A DNA stretch of 64,000 nucleotides from Octopus vulgaris (taxonomy: Eukaryota), in assembly GCA_951406725.2 (NCBI GenBank), contig OX597815.1, positions 157,480,001-157,544,000 of the forward strand. Reading direction: 5' to 3'. The notes below the pieces were generated by a model. It searched no databases and was not told the DNA's origin. It worked only from the letters and a program-made list of their open reading frames with translations. Numbering within the stretch: position 1 is the first letter of the stretch; each line of letters begins with the position of its first letter. Position numbers and translations under genes: made by a program. Positions 52,330-64,000 of this stretch are shown one piece after another.

Positions 52330-53390
52330 TCCTTTGTCTGAAATCTTTCGTTACACGTCCTGTGACCTCTTCAGCGACTCTCACAGTCCCACGTGTCTCC
52401 TCCTGTTCTGTTTAGTTCACTCTGTCTTCAGTTGTCAGGTTGCGTAGTGTGGTGGGGTGGAGGAGTGTTATTATTCCATTCGTGTTTCTTGTTGAGGTTC
52501 GGTCTGTATATGGCCTCTGTAATCTGTCTACATGTCGTGCCTATTCTATGTGTTCATATCTTAGTATCTATGTTATTAACCGAGCTTCATGTTCTTATTG
52601 AGCTTGTTGGTAGAGCACTGACGAGCTCCTCACCTCCTTGAACTCCCGCCAGTGTACATCTATCCGCTCACCTATGCTGCGTGCTGTCTCCGCAATATAT
52701 GACGTAGTCCTGTTTCGGCACCGTCCCTCCGTACACCATATACTATAGACTACATTCCTAATCTTAACAGTTTACCTGTGGCTTCATCCTACATACTATA
52801 CAGTTGTTATCCGTACATGGGGTCCTTTCAAATGGATACGTTTTACAGATCAGGGGTTTTATGGGAGTTACTGGCCTTTCTACAACTTTAATCCGTAGAT
52901 TCGTGTTATCTAAGAGTTTCCTAAAAACATATGTTAGTTCGCCGTAGGAGCAGCATCAACGAACGGGACAGTCTGGTACTTTAGGCTCTCACACAAGAAT
53001 TGGCCTTATCTGCCTCCCTCTTGGTCCTCTATATGCTATTCCAGGATTTACTCCTGTATAGCGGATAGATCCCATTTGCATCATTCTCTATGATGTCCTT
53101 GTACTTAACTCTGTTTCCTTTCTACACTCTGATCGTGTCCCTTTAGCTGGATACGGTGAATGAAACGTTATATATATCTTTGTAATTTTGTTGGGTCGCA
53201 CATGCGGGACACATTTCTCGTCACTCCCACCAAGTCTGTTTTTAGGATATCGAACTTGATTTTGTCCGCAATAGCTGCGTTCTTGGGGGGGGGCAGGTAT
53301 TTAGAGGCCATGGGTTTGGTATAGTGAGAATGAAGGATCTAGACCTTATTCTTCCAAGTTTCTAGCCTGAGTCCTGTGTCTATAGTTAGG
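52330..53390 (-). mobile_element. Decayed Penelope-like element: RT C-terminus, GIY-YIG endonuclease and hammerhead-bearing end
   Basis: Manual translation: HSHYTKPMASKY, GIYPLYRSKSWN, LRIKVVEK, PCTDNNCIVC, NVVYSIWCTEGRCRNRTTSYIAETARSIGERIDVH; CTGAAGA...GAAA fold at 52336-52378. Confidence 0.85.
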
Positions 53391-54339
53391 GTGCTCGCTA
53401 GGGTAATCTACTGTAATCAGTTCACAGTAGATTACCGTAATCTGTAATCTGCAATCAGTTGATTACCCTAGCAAGTGGGGCTTATAATTTTCAATTTTTT
53501 TTAACCTTCAAGGTTTCTCCCATCGTTTTAAGTGCATAGTGCAAAAAAATACATTGGCTAAAATCGGTAGTGAGAGGAGGAGAACTTGAAAATTCGCCAA
53601 GGTACTCTATCGAGTAACTTACTCGGTAACGACGAGCTACTCAGCCAGTATACATACATATATACATACATACATACATACACACACACACATTCATGCA
53701 TGCATGCATACATACATACATACATACATGCATACATACATACATACATACATACATACATACATACATACATACATACATACATACATACAGGTGTGGC
53801 TGTGTGGTAAGAAGTTTGCTTCCCAACCACATGGTTCTGGGTTCAGTCCCACTACGTCGCACCCTGCGCAAGTGTCCTCTACTATAGCCTCAGTTTGACC
53901 AAAGCCTTCTGAGTGGACTTGGTAGGCAAAAACTGAAAGAAGCCTGTCATATGTGTGAGTGTGTATGTGTGTCTTTGTGTACCCCCACCACCGTCGTTTG
54001 ACAACCGATGTTGGTGTGTTTATGTCCCTGTAACTTAACAATTCGGCAAGAAAGACCGATAGAATAAGTACTAGGCTGATAAAGAATAAGTCCTCGGGTC
54101 GATTTGTTCGACTAAAGGCGGTGCTCCAACATGGCCGCAGTCAAATGACTGAAACAAATAAAAGAATATATATATCAGTCTCACTGCGTGACACCTTGGG
54201 CGAGTGTCTTCTACACTATCTTCAGGCCATAGTGGAAGAGACTTGCGCAAGGTGCGACGTAGTGGGACTGAACCCAGAACTATGTGGTTGGGAAGCAAGC
54301 TTTTTACCACTCAGCCACACCTACGCCTATATATCTTTA

Positions 54340-55553
54340 CTAGCAGTATCGCCCGGCGTTGCTCGGGTTTGTAAGGGAAATAACTATATAAGCATTTTTA
54401 GAGAGTTACTTCCCTTATAGATGCCAATTCGGGCTTCCTTAGCCATTTCTGTTTTGGTGTCTTCAAGCCATGACGTCGTTGTTCTAAAAGAACGCTGGTC
54501 TCCTTGACAACGCTTTACGACGTTGATTTCCTTACACTCCCTTCCCCACAGCTTCACGAGGGAGGGAAGAAGGGGGAGAAGCAAACAGGTGCAGGTGTGA
54601 CCATGGACGCCAACTCCGCCGCCATCGACACACGAAAAATTATGCATTAAAATGGAATCAAAAATTATGTTAAATCTATATATATAAAACTGTAGTTGTG
54701 TGAGTGTCTGTCTCCTACGATTTAGATTCCTAACTCCTCCCATATTTTGCGGTGCAGTTTAACCAAATTCGGGTATCTTATAGTCGTGATTAATATCAAG
54801 CCCGTCTGGCTATTAGCGCGCGTCTACGATGAGTCTACGATTTTTAAAATAATTTAACATCATTTTTTATTCCATTTTAATGCATAATTTTTCGTGTGTC
54901 GATGGCGGCGGAATTGGCGTCCACGCTCAAACACCTGCACCTGTGTTTGCTTCTCCCCCTTCTTCCCTCCCTCGTGAAGCTGTGGGGAAGGGAGTTTAAG
55001 GAAATCAACGTCGTAATGCGTTGTCAAGGAGACCAGCGTTCTTTTAGAACAACGACTACATGGCTTGAAGACACCAAAACAGAAATGGCTAAGAAAGCCC
55101 GAATTGGCATCTATAAGGGAAGTAACTCTCTAAAAATGCTTATATAGTTATTTCCCTTACAAACCCGAGCAACGCCGGGCGATACTGCTAGTAGATATAT
55201 AAAAGTCAAGTTGTGTGTCTGTCTCCTACGATTTAGATTCCTAACTACTTCCACATTTTGTGGTGCAGTTTAACCAAAACCGGGTATCTTATAGTCGTGA
55301 TTCATATCGAGCCCTTCTGGGTACTAGCGCGCGTCTACGATTTAAAAAAAAATTTACCATCATTTTTTTCCATTTTAATGCATTTTTCGCTATTATATAA
55401 GGGAAGTAACTCTCTAAAAATGTCTACAATGAGTCAACGATTTTTAAAAACATTTACCATCATTTTTTTTCCATTTTTAATGCATTTTTTTGCTACTTTT
55501 TGGCTATAACTCTCTAAAAATGCTTATATAGTTATTTCCATTACAAACCCGAG
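54340..55553. mobile_element. Cluster of three Helitron-like copies: 54340-54675 (-, 3' part), 54675-55191 (+, full) and 55194-55553 (+, truncated)
   Basis: Shared 3' end acccgagcaacgccgggcgatactgCTAG and 5' TCtatatatataaaa; copies 1 and 2 form a ~335-bp inverted repeat. Confidence 0.85.
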
Positions 55554-55738
55554 CATATGTGTGTATGTATGTGTGTGTGTGTGTGTTCCACCACCGATTG
55601 ATAACCGGTGTTGGTGTTACGTAAAAAAGATCGATAGGCTTTACAAAAAAAATCACTGGGGTCGATTCATTGGACTAAAATTCTTCAGGCCAGTGCCCCA
55701 GCATGGCCGCAGTCTAATTACTAAAACAAGTAAATGAT

Positions 55739-55830
<92 letters not shown>

Positions 55831-56966
55831 CAAACGATGGTTAAAGGGAGGCAACCCCATTTGACAGTCAGCTACCATTTAAATATATTTGCTACGATAA
55901 AATGCGAAATACCCAACACAAACATATACACTGTTTGTTTTGTACTTTGTTGTAATTGTTTCGATCCATCTTGGCACTAATCGATCAGGCCTTCTTATCA
56001 TTGAAGTCTCAACCGTCTCTTCGTCTGACGTAGTCTCTTATCCAAGATGTGATTGTTATTTTGTAAGACGGTAGAGTGCAGTTTCAATGAAATTTTTAGG
56101 CCTTTTTTTTTCTAACACTGTCAACTCTAATCAAACTTACCTATAACCAAAAGCTCTCGTTATTAAACGACATGAAACAATGTTTTCCAATCTTCTCAGT
56201 GTCAAGGACCATTAGCGTAGCTAAGGGGCAGTCCACCCTGAGCAATGGCATTTATGAGGGTGACACTTTTGGGTCTGCTGTATAAGCTTATATAGGCTTA
56301 GGTGGGATGGGGACAGACTTAAGCACTGCTCTGCACTCTTAAGGGTTGTTCGGCACACACTCTAGCAAGAATGAAGGAGCCCCATTTAAATCAACTCCAC
56401 CATAGTATCCTTATTCTTGAAAGGTCTGTCTACTTCGAAAATTTTCTTCAAAGTTCACGGAGATGCAATACTTTCTTTCTGTCCTCCGTTACTTAAATTC
56501 CGTACTTTAACGTAGAAGGCCCCTCGATGGTTTGTGTTAAAGAAATCATAAAATTGAGTGAATGCGACAAAACTGAAAATCATTTGATTAAATGTTTTGC
56601 AGCATTTATTGTTTTTAAACTCTACGTAAGTTGAATTTGCCTTTAATCCCACGACGGATTTTATCAAGGCAACATATTTAAACCGGACCCTGTTTTAGCA
56701 TGGATTAGCAGTGAATACATGCTGCTTATAATGACCAACGGTGCAGAAATGCGTATCTAGCATTTCCATTGCTGCTGCTGCTGCTGCTGCTGCTGCTGGG
56801 CGATTTTCGTCTGCTACTGATATATTTGTGTGGTTTTTTAGTACAATATGTCCAGAAAACAACTATATTCAGGTGAATACTGCAGTAAATTTACTTATGT
56901 ATTTACATCTGTATGATATACAGATGGACAATTTAATCTAATATTGCTTTTATTGCATATAACGGG

Positions 56967-57050
<84 letters not shown>

Positions 57051-57192
57051 AGACCCTAGGTAGGTTTGAACTCAGAGTGTAAAGAAACCTGACTAAACAC
57101 TGTGAGTGAGTGATGCAAATTACGAACACAGATAATGTTCTCACGCAGTTAATATTTCCACATTTAGTGGATTCTAAACATTCTCGTGATAA

Positions 57193-57587
57193 TCTTGATA
57201 TATAAAAGTGAAGTTGTGTGAGTGTCTGTCTCCTACGATTTAGATTCCTAACTACTCCCACATTTTGCGCTGCAGTTTAGCCAAAAACGGGTATCTTATA
57301 GTCGTGATTCATATCGAACCCTTCTGGGTATTAGCGCGCGTCTACGATGAGTCTACGATTTTTAAAATAATTTACCATCATTTTTTTCCATTTTCATGCA
57401 TATTTTTTAAAGGGAAGTAACTCTCTAAAAATGTCTACGATGAGTCAACGATTTTTAAAAAAATTTACCATCATATCTTTTCCATTTTTAATGCATTTTT
57501 TTTTGCTATTTTTTGGCTATAACTCTCTAAAAATGCTGTATAGTTATTTCCCTTACAAACCCGAGCAACGCCGGGCGATACTGCTAG
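57193..57587 (+). mobile_element. Non-autonomous Helitron-like element
   Basis: A|TC start, hairpin, CTAG|T end; same family as 54675-55191 but lacking its GC-rich cassette. Confidence 0.87.
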
Positions 57588-57594
57588 TGTTATA

Positions 57595-58780
57595 TACGAG
57601 GGTGGACTGAAACGTTCATAGGTTAACTATGAAGGAGCGACGTTAGAAATGGGTAATCTTGCAAGCATCAGTATGAACCCTTCGTATTAATAACTGGGTT
57701 GTTTCTTTTCGGATTTCTCTGACCGTTCAGAGAAGACTTTAAACGTAACTAGTAACATTTGAAAATGGACGAAATTTGGCATCGTGGTGTTATTAAGCGT
57801 CAGCAGAAAATTGGTTTAGCCCCCAAGAACTTTTATGCTGACACGCTTGCTACATTAGGGAATGACGTTTCAGCTTTACCAAGAAAACAAAAGTGGGCAG
57901 CAGAATTTTGGAGTGGGACTGGGAGTTCTGGGCTTCCCGTAACTATCACCACCAAGGAAAACATTGATCGTGTTCACCGCACGGTGATGAATGACGGGCA
58001 ATTGACTATAAATCAAGTGGATAATGCGATTAGTATATCCTGTGAGAGAGTTGAAAATATTCTGAACTATTAAGTTGGCTTGAGGAAGGTTTCTGCTTGG
58101 TGGGTGCCTCGTCTACTGACACCTGATCAAACGCACACCATGCTGATTACACCACATAAAATTCTGACATTGTTTGAGACAGATCCAGTTGGTTTCTTTG
58201 AACGTCTCCTGACCCAACATAAGTGTTGGGGTCATTCCTTTAAGCTAGAGACAAAGAGACGATCCATGCAGTGGAATCACCGTCCTCGCCTGCTCCAAAG
58301 AAAGCCAAGATCTTTTCATGACTTCAGTTTTTGAGATGCAAAAGGCATTGTTTATTATCTTCAAAAGAGCAACACCATCAATGGAGAGTACTAAGCCAAC
58401 ATGCTGAGGCATTTATGAAAGGCTATCAAAACTAAATGCCCAGGAAAACAGACGAAATGCGCCCAAACACAAGTCGTTGGTTTCAAAGGCCGCTGTGCGT
58501 GACTCTGGCTTTGAACTCATTGAGCTACCTCCCTATTCTCCTGATTTGGTTCCATTTGTTTCCCAGCACGAAAAAGTACTTGGCTGGGAACCAGTATCTG
58601 CTGTTGATGACTTTTGTTTGTTTTTATCTTGACCAACAGGAAGAAAGCTTCTTCATTAATGGTATACAAGCACTGCAACACAGATGGAAGAACTGTGTGG
58701 GCCACAAAGGGGGACTATGTTGAAAAATAAGCCTCATTTGGTCACGTTCCATGAAAATATTTTGGTCAGCCTATGAATTT
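57595..58780 (+). mobile_element. Near full-length decayed mariner
   Basis: TA-cgagggtggactgaaacgttcatagg TIR; MDEIWHRGVIK..KWAAEF, RKVSAWWVPRLL, GIQALQHRWKNCV; several stops and frameshifts. Confidence 0.9.
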
Positions 58781-59206
58781 CAATCTGTTTTAGGGTTAGG
58801 GTTAGGGTTAGGGGTGGGGGGAAGGGTATCTTTTTTTTCTTCAGAAATGTAAATAAACCCAATCTGTTTCTTAAACGAGGGACATATTCATACGGCACAG
58901 AATGTTTTCACCTCTAATAGACGTCATTGATTGGTTGAAATTGCAGAAATTGAAGAAAAAAACAACAAATATCTTTACAAGCTATAGAATTTTCTCAATA
59001 AAGCCAAGAGAAAAAGACGTTTTATAAACACATTCTACCAGTATACGAAGTTTAAAAGTGTTTAGTTACGTGGAAATTATTTTTAAAAACTGCCGTTCAA
59101 ACCGAAAAGATCCAAAGATGTTTTATAAACACCAGTATACGAAGTTTAAAAGTTTTTAGTTGCAAAGAAATTATTTTAAAAATCTGCCTGTCAAAGCGAA
59201 AAGATC
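58781..59206. mobile_element. Partial inverted copy of the (CCCTAA)n MITE with a duplicated terminus
   Basis: (ttaggg)n at about 58790-58813; ends gaaaagatcc at about 59113 and again at 59206. Confidence 0.85.
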
Positions 59207-59774
59207 CACACTATTCAATGATTCCTTTAAAATGAAGAGGGATGTGAACTGAGGTGCGTTGGCTACTATTTCTAGCATTGTGAGTTACCACTACCTAGAG
59301 ATTCTCGTTGTTGTTTACATGTGACGTCTGTTTATAACGGTAGCTTTGACATGATTCACGATGGTATAAAAGCGTCAATGAGACATGCTACCCTCTCTCT
59401 GAAGTCAACACTGCGCATGTCCGTGGGAAATTCAAATCTGCGGATGAAATTCAAATTTCAGTATTGCTGTAAACGAATCGGTTTTACAGTTGACGTTTGT
59501 TTTTATCTTATTTAATTGGTAAGAGTATCTTATTTTTTTAAAATAACTTCTGTGATCTTTTTTTATCTATTTGCTTGTTTTCTCATTAATGTTTAATTTT
59601 TGCAAAAGAATTGTTTTATTTAAATGGCTTGTTTCGGCACTTAAACGCATTTTACACTTTTACAACTTTTCGAATTGTAAAAAAAATATTTGTTTTTCTG
59701 TTGATGTTTGCCGTTGTTTTACCTTAAAACTCATGTTTTATTTTTACTAATATGAAAAGTTCTCTCGCTATATA

Positions 59775-59819
<45 letters not shown>

Positions 59820-61439
59820 TAAAATAATATATATAATTAAAATAATGGTATGGCGATAATTTGGCAAATTTAAATCTTGTTGATTCAATGACTAAGTTGG
59901 AAGCGTATATTTGATTAATATTTAGGTTTGGTAACAAAGAAAAGCTGATTAAAAGCAATTTTTTAAAAGCTTTCAGTATGTATAATTGTGGAAGAATTAG
60001 AAATTTCGAATAAAAGCAAGTTCGTTGCAGCAATAAAACTTGAATTTGTAGCTAAACTGATCACCATGTTCGTGTTTTCACCCCCAAATCCAACTTGCAT
60101 ATCCTAGATATTTGGGAAAATAAAGTGTATTCATGTATGGAAATATATTCTTATTATTGACATAATTACAGATGTATACCACCTCCCGACTTTGTTGCCT
60201 CATAACTTCCAGAAAAATTAATATTTTTCAATGAAACTTTTCACATAGCTACTTCGTCAATGAGAAAGTCGTTTAATCATTGAAGATATATTCCAAATGG
60301 CAGTGGTCTGGAATAGGTCGACTGTTTTTTAAAGACATATAAATTGTCTTCCGTTGTCATTAACCGGAGCTGCATTGGATTCAAATTTAATTTTCTCATG
60401 TCAGTAACTGAGGATTAAAAAAATAATGCTTTCATGTTTAGAAATGTTGAAAAACTATTTCTACACCTCCCTATATGTTTTGGTTTGTTGGGTTAAAACC
60501 AAGGGATGCCAATTCAAAATTGTTTCTGTGGCTGTATGGTAGCAAGTTTGCTTCTCAACTACATGGTTTTGAGTTCAGTCCCACTGCATGGCACCTTGGG
60601 CAAGTGTCTTCTACTATATCCTCAGGCTGACCATTGCCTTGTGAGTGGATTTAGACGGAAGCTGATAGAAACCTCTTTTTATGTCCGTCTCCTACCACCG
60701 CTTGGCAACAGGTGTTGGCGTGTTTACGTCCCCGTAATTTAGCAGTTATGCAACAGAGACCGATAGAATAAGTACCAGTGCTCGACTAAATATTCTGCTA
60801 GGCAATGCTCCTGCGTGGCTCTAATGTCAAAAGATTTTTTTAAAAAATTATATGAGTGTTCAAGATCAAAAAAGCTACATGTTTATTGGAGAAATGAGAA
60901 ACTGAATATTCTCTAACATTATAGCTTAATCTCCATTCGCACCTCATCCAGCCAACTAACAGGAATTTCCCTCACCACGAATGTAGCATAGTTATTTTCC
61001 AGTTGTGATGGGTTAGCCACAGATTACTGTATTAGCAACCTTGTCATAAACTCCAAGCAGTATGTCTCGCTCTCTCAGTATGTAATTATTGTGGTTATCA
61101 TTTGTAAAAGACCTACAGTTTAAAACTGTGCAGTAATAAAATCCTCTGATAAGTTTGTGGTGGTTGTCAGTTATTTTTTCATGCAGTCAAATAAATAGAT
61201 TAACCAGTCCTCACTTCAGACCAGTTAACAACAAACCAGACCAACACAACTCATGACACTTCTAATACATGGCAAATGGTATGAAGTAACACGTTTCGTT
61301 ACTGTCATGTACAAAAGTGGCAATACTTTTACTGGTTTCAGCTAGAGACTGTAGACCTACTGGGGCACCTCTTTTGGCATTAATGCTTGTTTATTTTAGA
61401 GTTATTTCCCAGCCCTGTCTCTGGAATTGATCCTGCTGA

Positions 61440-62690
61440 AGTAGGCATCGTGCTGCTATCAAATACCTGCAGGTTTAGCCCTGAAGGACATTCATGCTCA
61501 CTTGATTGCTAAATTAGGAGATGATGTTCCAGCTTTATCAACAGTGCAAAAGTAGGCTGCTGAATTTTGGCGGGGAATGAAGAGGCTTGAAGATAACCCA
61601 ATGTCAGGATAATTCATCTACGAAGCAATTGCCCCAGCTTCCCTTCAGGGTTGGCTAAAGCGATGTGGTGGACAACGAAAAACCTGGTGATAGTCAAGGC
61701 TGATCTGGAACCCAACCTAGGCTCCATATCTACGGCGTTCACTGCTGGAATAAGGAATGGTTGGAGATCACGCAGTCATTAGCCTCAAATCACCAGGTCT
61801 GGTTGGCGTTTGTGAGAGATGCAGCATTGAGGATGAATGAAGCCAGCTCAACCCACCCCAGGTGAATGCGGTCAAGTCAAGTCAATGTCTGGACGTCTTA
61901 GAACTGCCTCCACCAAGGAAAACCTTGATCGTGTTCACTACATGGTGATGGATAACAGGCAATTGACTATAAGTGAAATAGCTAATGCCATTAGCACCCT
62001 TGAGAGATTTGAGAATATTCTGCACAGTGAACTTGACATAACAATGGTTCCTGCTCAGTCAGTGCCACATCTGACACTTGGTCAAAAGTACACCAGGCTG
62101 ATCACATCTCAGGAAAATCTGATGTTTTGAGGCAAATCCAGCTGGTTTCTTTGAATGTTTCCTAACCCAGAGAAACCGTCCATGTAGAGGAAACACCCTT
62201 CTTCACTTGCACCAAAGAAGAGCCACACCATCAATGAAGAGTACTATGCCATCTTGATGAGACAGTTATGAAAGCTATTAAGACCAAATGTCCATGGAAA
62301 CTAACCAAAAAAAAGTCTTCTTCCGTCAGGACTATGCTCCAGCACACAAGTCGTTGGTTTCAAATGCTGCTGTGCATGACCATAGCTTTGAACTGGTTGA
62401 TCATCTTCCCTATTTTCCTCATTCCCCCCCCCCACTCCCATCTGATTATCATGTTTTCCAACATGAAAAACACTTGACTGGGAACCAGTATTGCAGTGAT
62501 GATGTCATCTGCTGCTGATGACCTTTTTGACTAACAGAATGGAAGCTCCTTCACGAATGGGATCGAAGTACTGCAACACTGGTGGGAGAAGCGTGAACCA
62601 CAAGGTGGAGTATATTGAAAGATAAACATTTCTGCATGTTCCCTGAGGGTATCTTGGTCAAGCTATTAACTTTTCAGCCAACTCTCATAA
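61440..62690 (+). mobile_element. Decayed mariner interrupted by an RTE fragment
   Basis: TKENLDRVHYMVMDNRQLTISEIA and FFRQDYAPAHKS; similar to the 57595 copy; right TIR-like aacttttcagcc near 62668. Confidence 0.85.
61610..61882 (+). mobile_element. RTE-clade LINE 3' end with (caagt)n tail and 11-bp TSD
   Basis: GWLKRCGGQRKTW..WNKEWLEITQSLASNHQVWLAFVRDA; TSD caatgtc[a/t]gga at 61599-61609 and 61883-61893. Confidence 0.85.
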
Positions 62691-62699
62691 ATGTTCTTT

Positions 62700-62990
62700 G
62701 AGCACATTCACATCTACTCCTCGTAGATCTGTGAGACCTTTTGGCAAGGTGTTAAAAAATTGTGGGACTTTGAGCCCTAAGCTGTTACAATATTGGGCCT
62801 TTACTCAGCACAAATAGGGCAGGGCTTTGGTACTATACAATGATGTCCAGTTTGTTGGTTGATGTGACTTTCAATCACAAACTTGGGTGCTAGTCCTTCC
62901 AAGATCTTAAATATGTAACTTTTATGTCTTTTCTCCTGGAATAGAACTCGCTATGTTAGCCTTTCTCAGTAGCTCATCTATTGCATCAAG
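62700..62990 (-). mobile_element. Old CR1-like LINE 3' remnant
   Basis: Weak resemblance to the LYSLQRRRERY..WRI region of the 12181 ORF. Confidence 0.45.
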
Positions 62991-63429
62991 GCAATCTATG
63001 TAGAAATATATTTACACTTAGAGTAAAATTTATACAGTTTCTTTTGAAATAATGTGAACTCACAGAGATAATAAAGGTGCACATCTAGGAAAGTAAATGT
63101 GTCGCCTCTTCTTTTTACTGTTGGTTTTATCATAATCCAAAGAAATGAACATGCACTGGAAGCTACATACAATTGTATATGAGAAAATATTGGTTCATTT
63201 CTCTTTGCCTTTCCATTATGACTCATTGAAATTATAGAAAGAACAATGCAACAAATATAGGGAGGTGTAGAAGTAATGTTAACTATAGAACAAAATTGAA
63301 AACAATCTATATTTTTGCGACTTCAGTGTAACACTTTGACAAAATTGATATGCTATAACTATATCATTTTTGCATCACAGAATGTTTCTTACCCATTCAA
63401 TTGTTTTGCGAATATTATCATCATTCCTC

Positions 63430-63790
63430 GTCCGTTGGCAAGTTGGAAGGTTACACCAGACTCCAGTCTGATTTGGCATCTTTTCTACGGCTGGGTGCCC
63501 TTTCTAACGCCAACCATTCTAAGAGTGTAATGGGTGCTTTTACGTGCCACGACTGCAATTTTACTTGGTTTGGTGGGTCTTCTCGAGCACGGCATAATGC
63601 CAAGGGTCTCGGTCATTCATAATTACCTCCGTGAGGCCCAGCGCTCAAAAGGTGCTTTTAACGCACCACCGGCGCAGGTGCCTGCTACATGACACCAGCA
63701 TTGGCCACATTTGACTTGATGTGCCTTCTGAAGCACAGCATAACGCCAGAGGTCTCGGTCACTAGTCATTGGCCTCTGTGAGGCCCGTCT
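63430..63790 (-). repeat. Probable retroposon-derived interspersed repeat
   Basis: Minus strand ggttggcgttagaaagggcacccagccgtagaaa resembles a motif recalled from RTE-associated elements; internal repeat gcataa.gcca..ggtctcggtca occurs twice. Confidence 0.45.
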
Positions 63791-64000
63791 TCAGTTTTCT
63801 TGGCTAATGCATGCGTAGACCATAACAGGATATGAGTGCGGGCTAACATTACTGAATCTAATAAATCCCAATTGATCGTTGAAATTATACCCGTAATATA
63901 AACATTGGCAATCGGGTTAGACGGACAAGGGAGATAACTCTGATATTTGAATGAATGATGCGGGCGTGATTTTGTTGACATTTTCTGGCATGGTTTGGTC

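Overview
AT-rich eukaryotic DNA made almost entirely of repeats. The very long (TA)n, (CA)n, (TATG)n, (GATA)n and (TAA)n tracts, several tRNA-derived SINE families, and RTE, CR1-like and RLE-type LINEs suggest a mollusc, most likely an octopus; this is inferred, not proven. I could not support any host protein-coding gene, and nearly all long ORFs in the track are microsatellite artefacts. Recognisable coding remnants are all from mobile elements: a 454-aa CR1-like RT, RTE 3' ends, R4/Dong-like RLE domains, two Penelope-like (GIY-YIG) elements, four mariners and one Merlin/IS1016-type transposase. Most interesting: (1) a SINE forming head-less ~184-bp multimers with the same junction at two loci, whose 3' tail resembles a (GATA)n-embedded LINE-like end, suggesting it inserts into its own family at a fixed site; (2) minimal hammerhead-ribozyme folds in Penelope-type repeats, one with a long stem II inside a 284-bp palindrome; (3) a Merlin-type MITE carrying (CCCTAA)n, duplicated with a templated inverted insert; (4) LINE families that each associate with a different microsatellite. 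Coordinates were counted by hand, and the ends of decayed elements are approximate.
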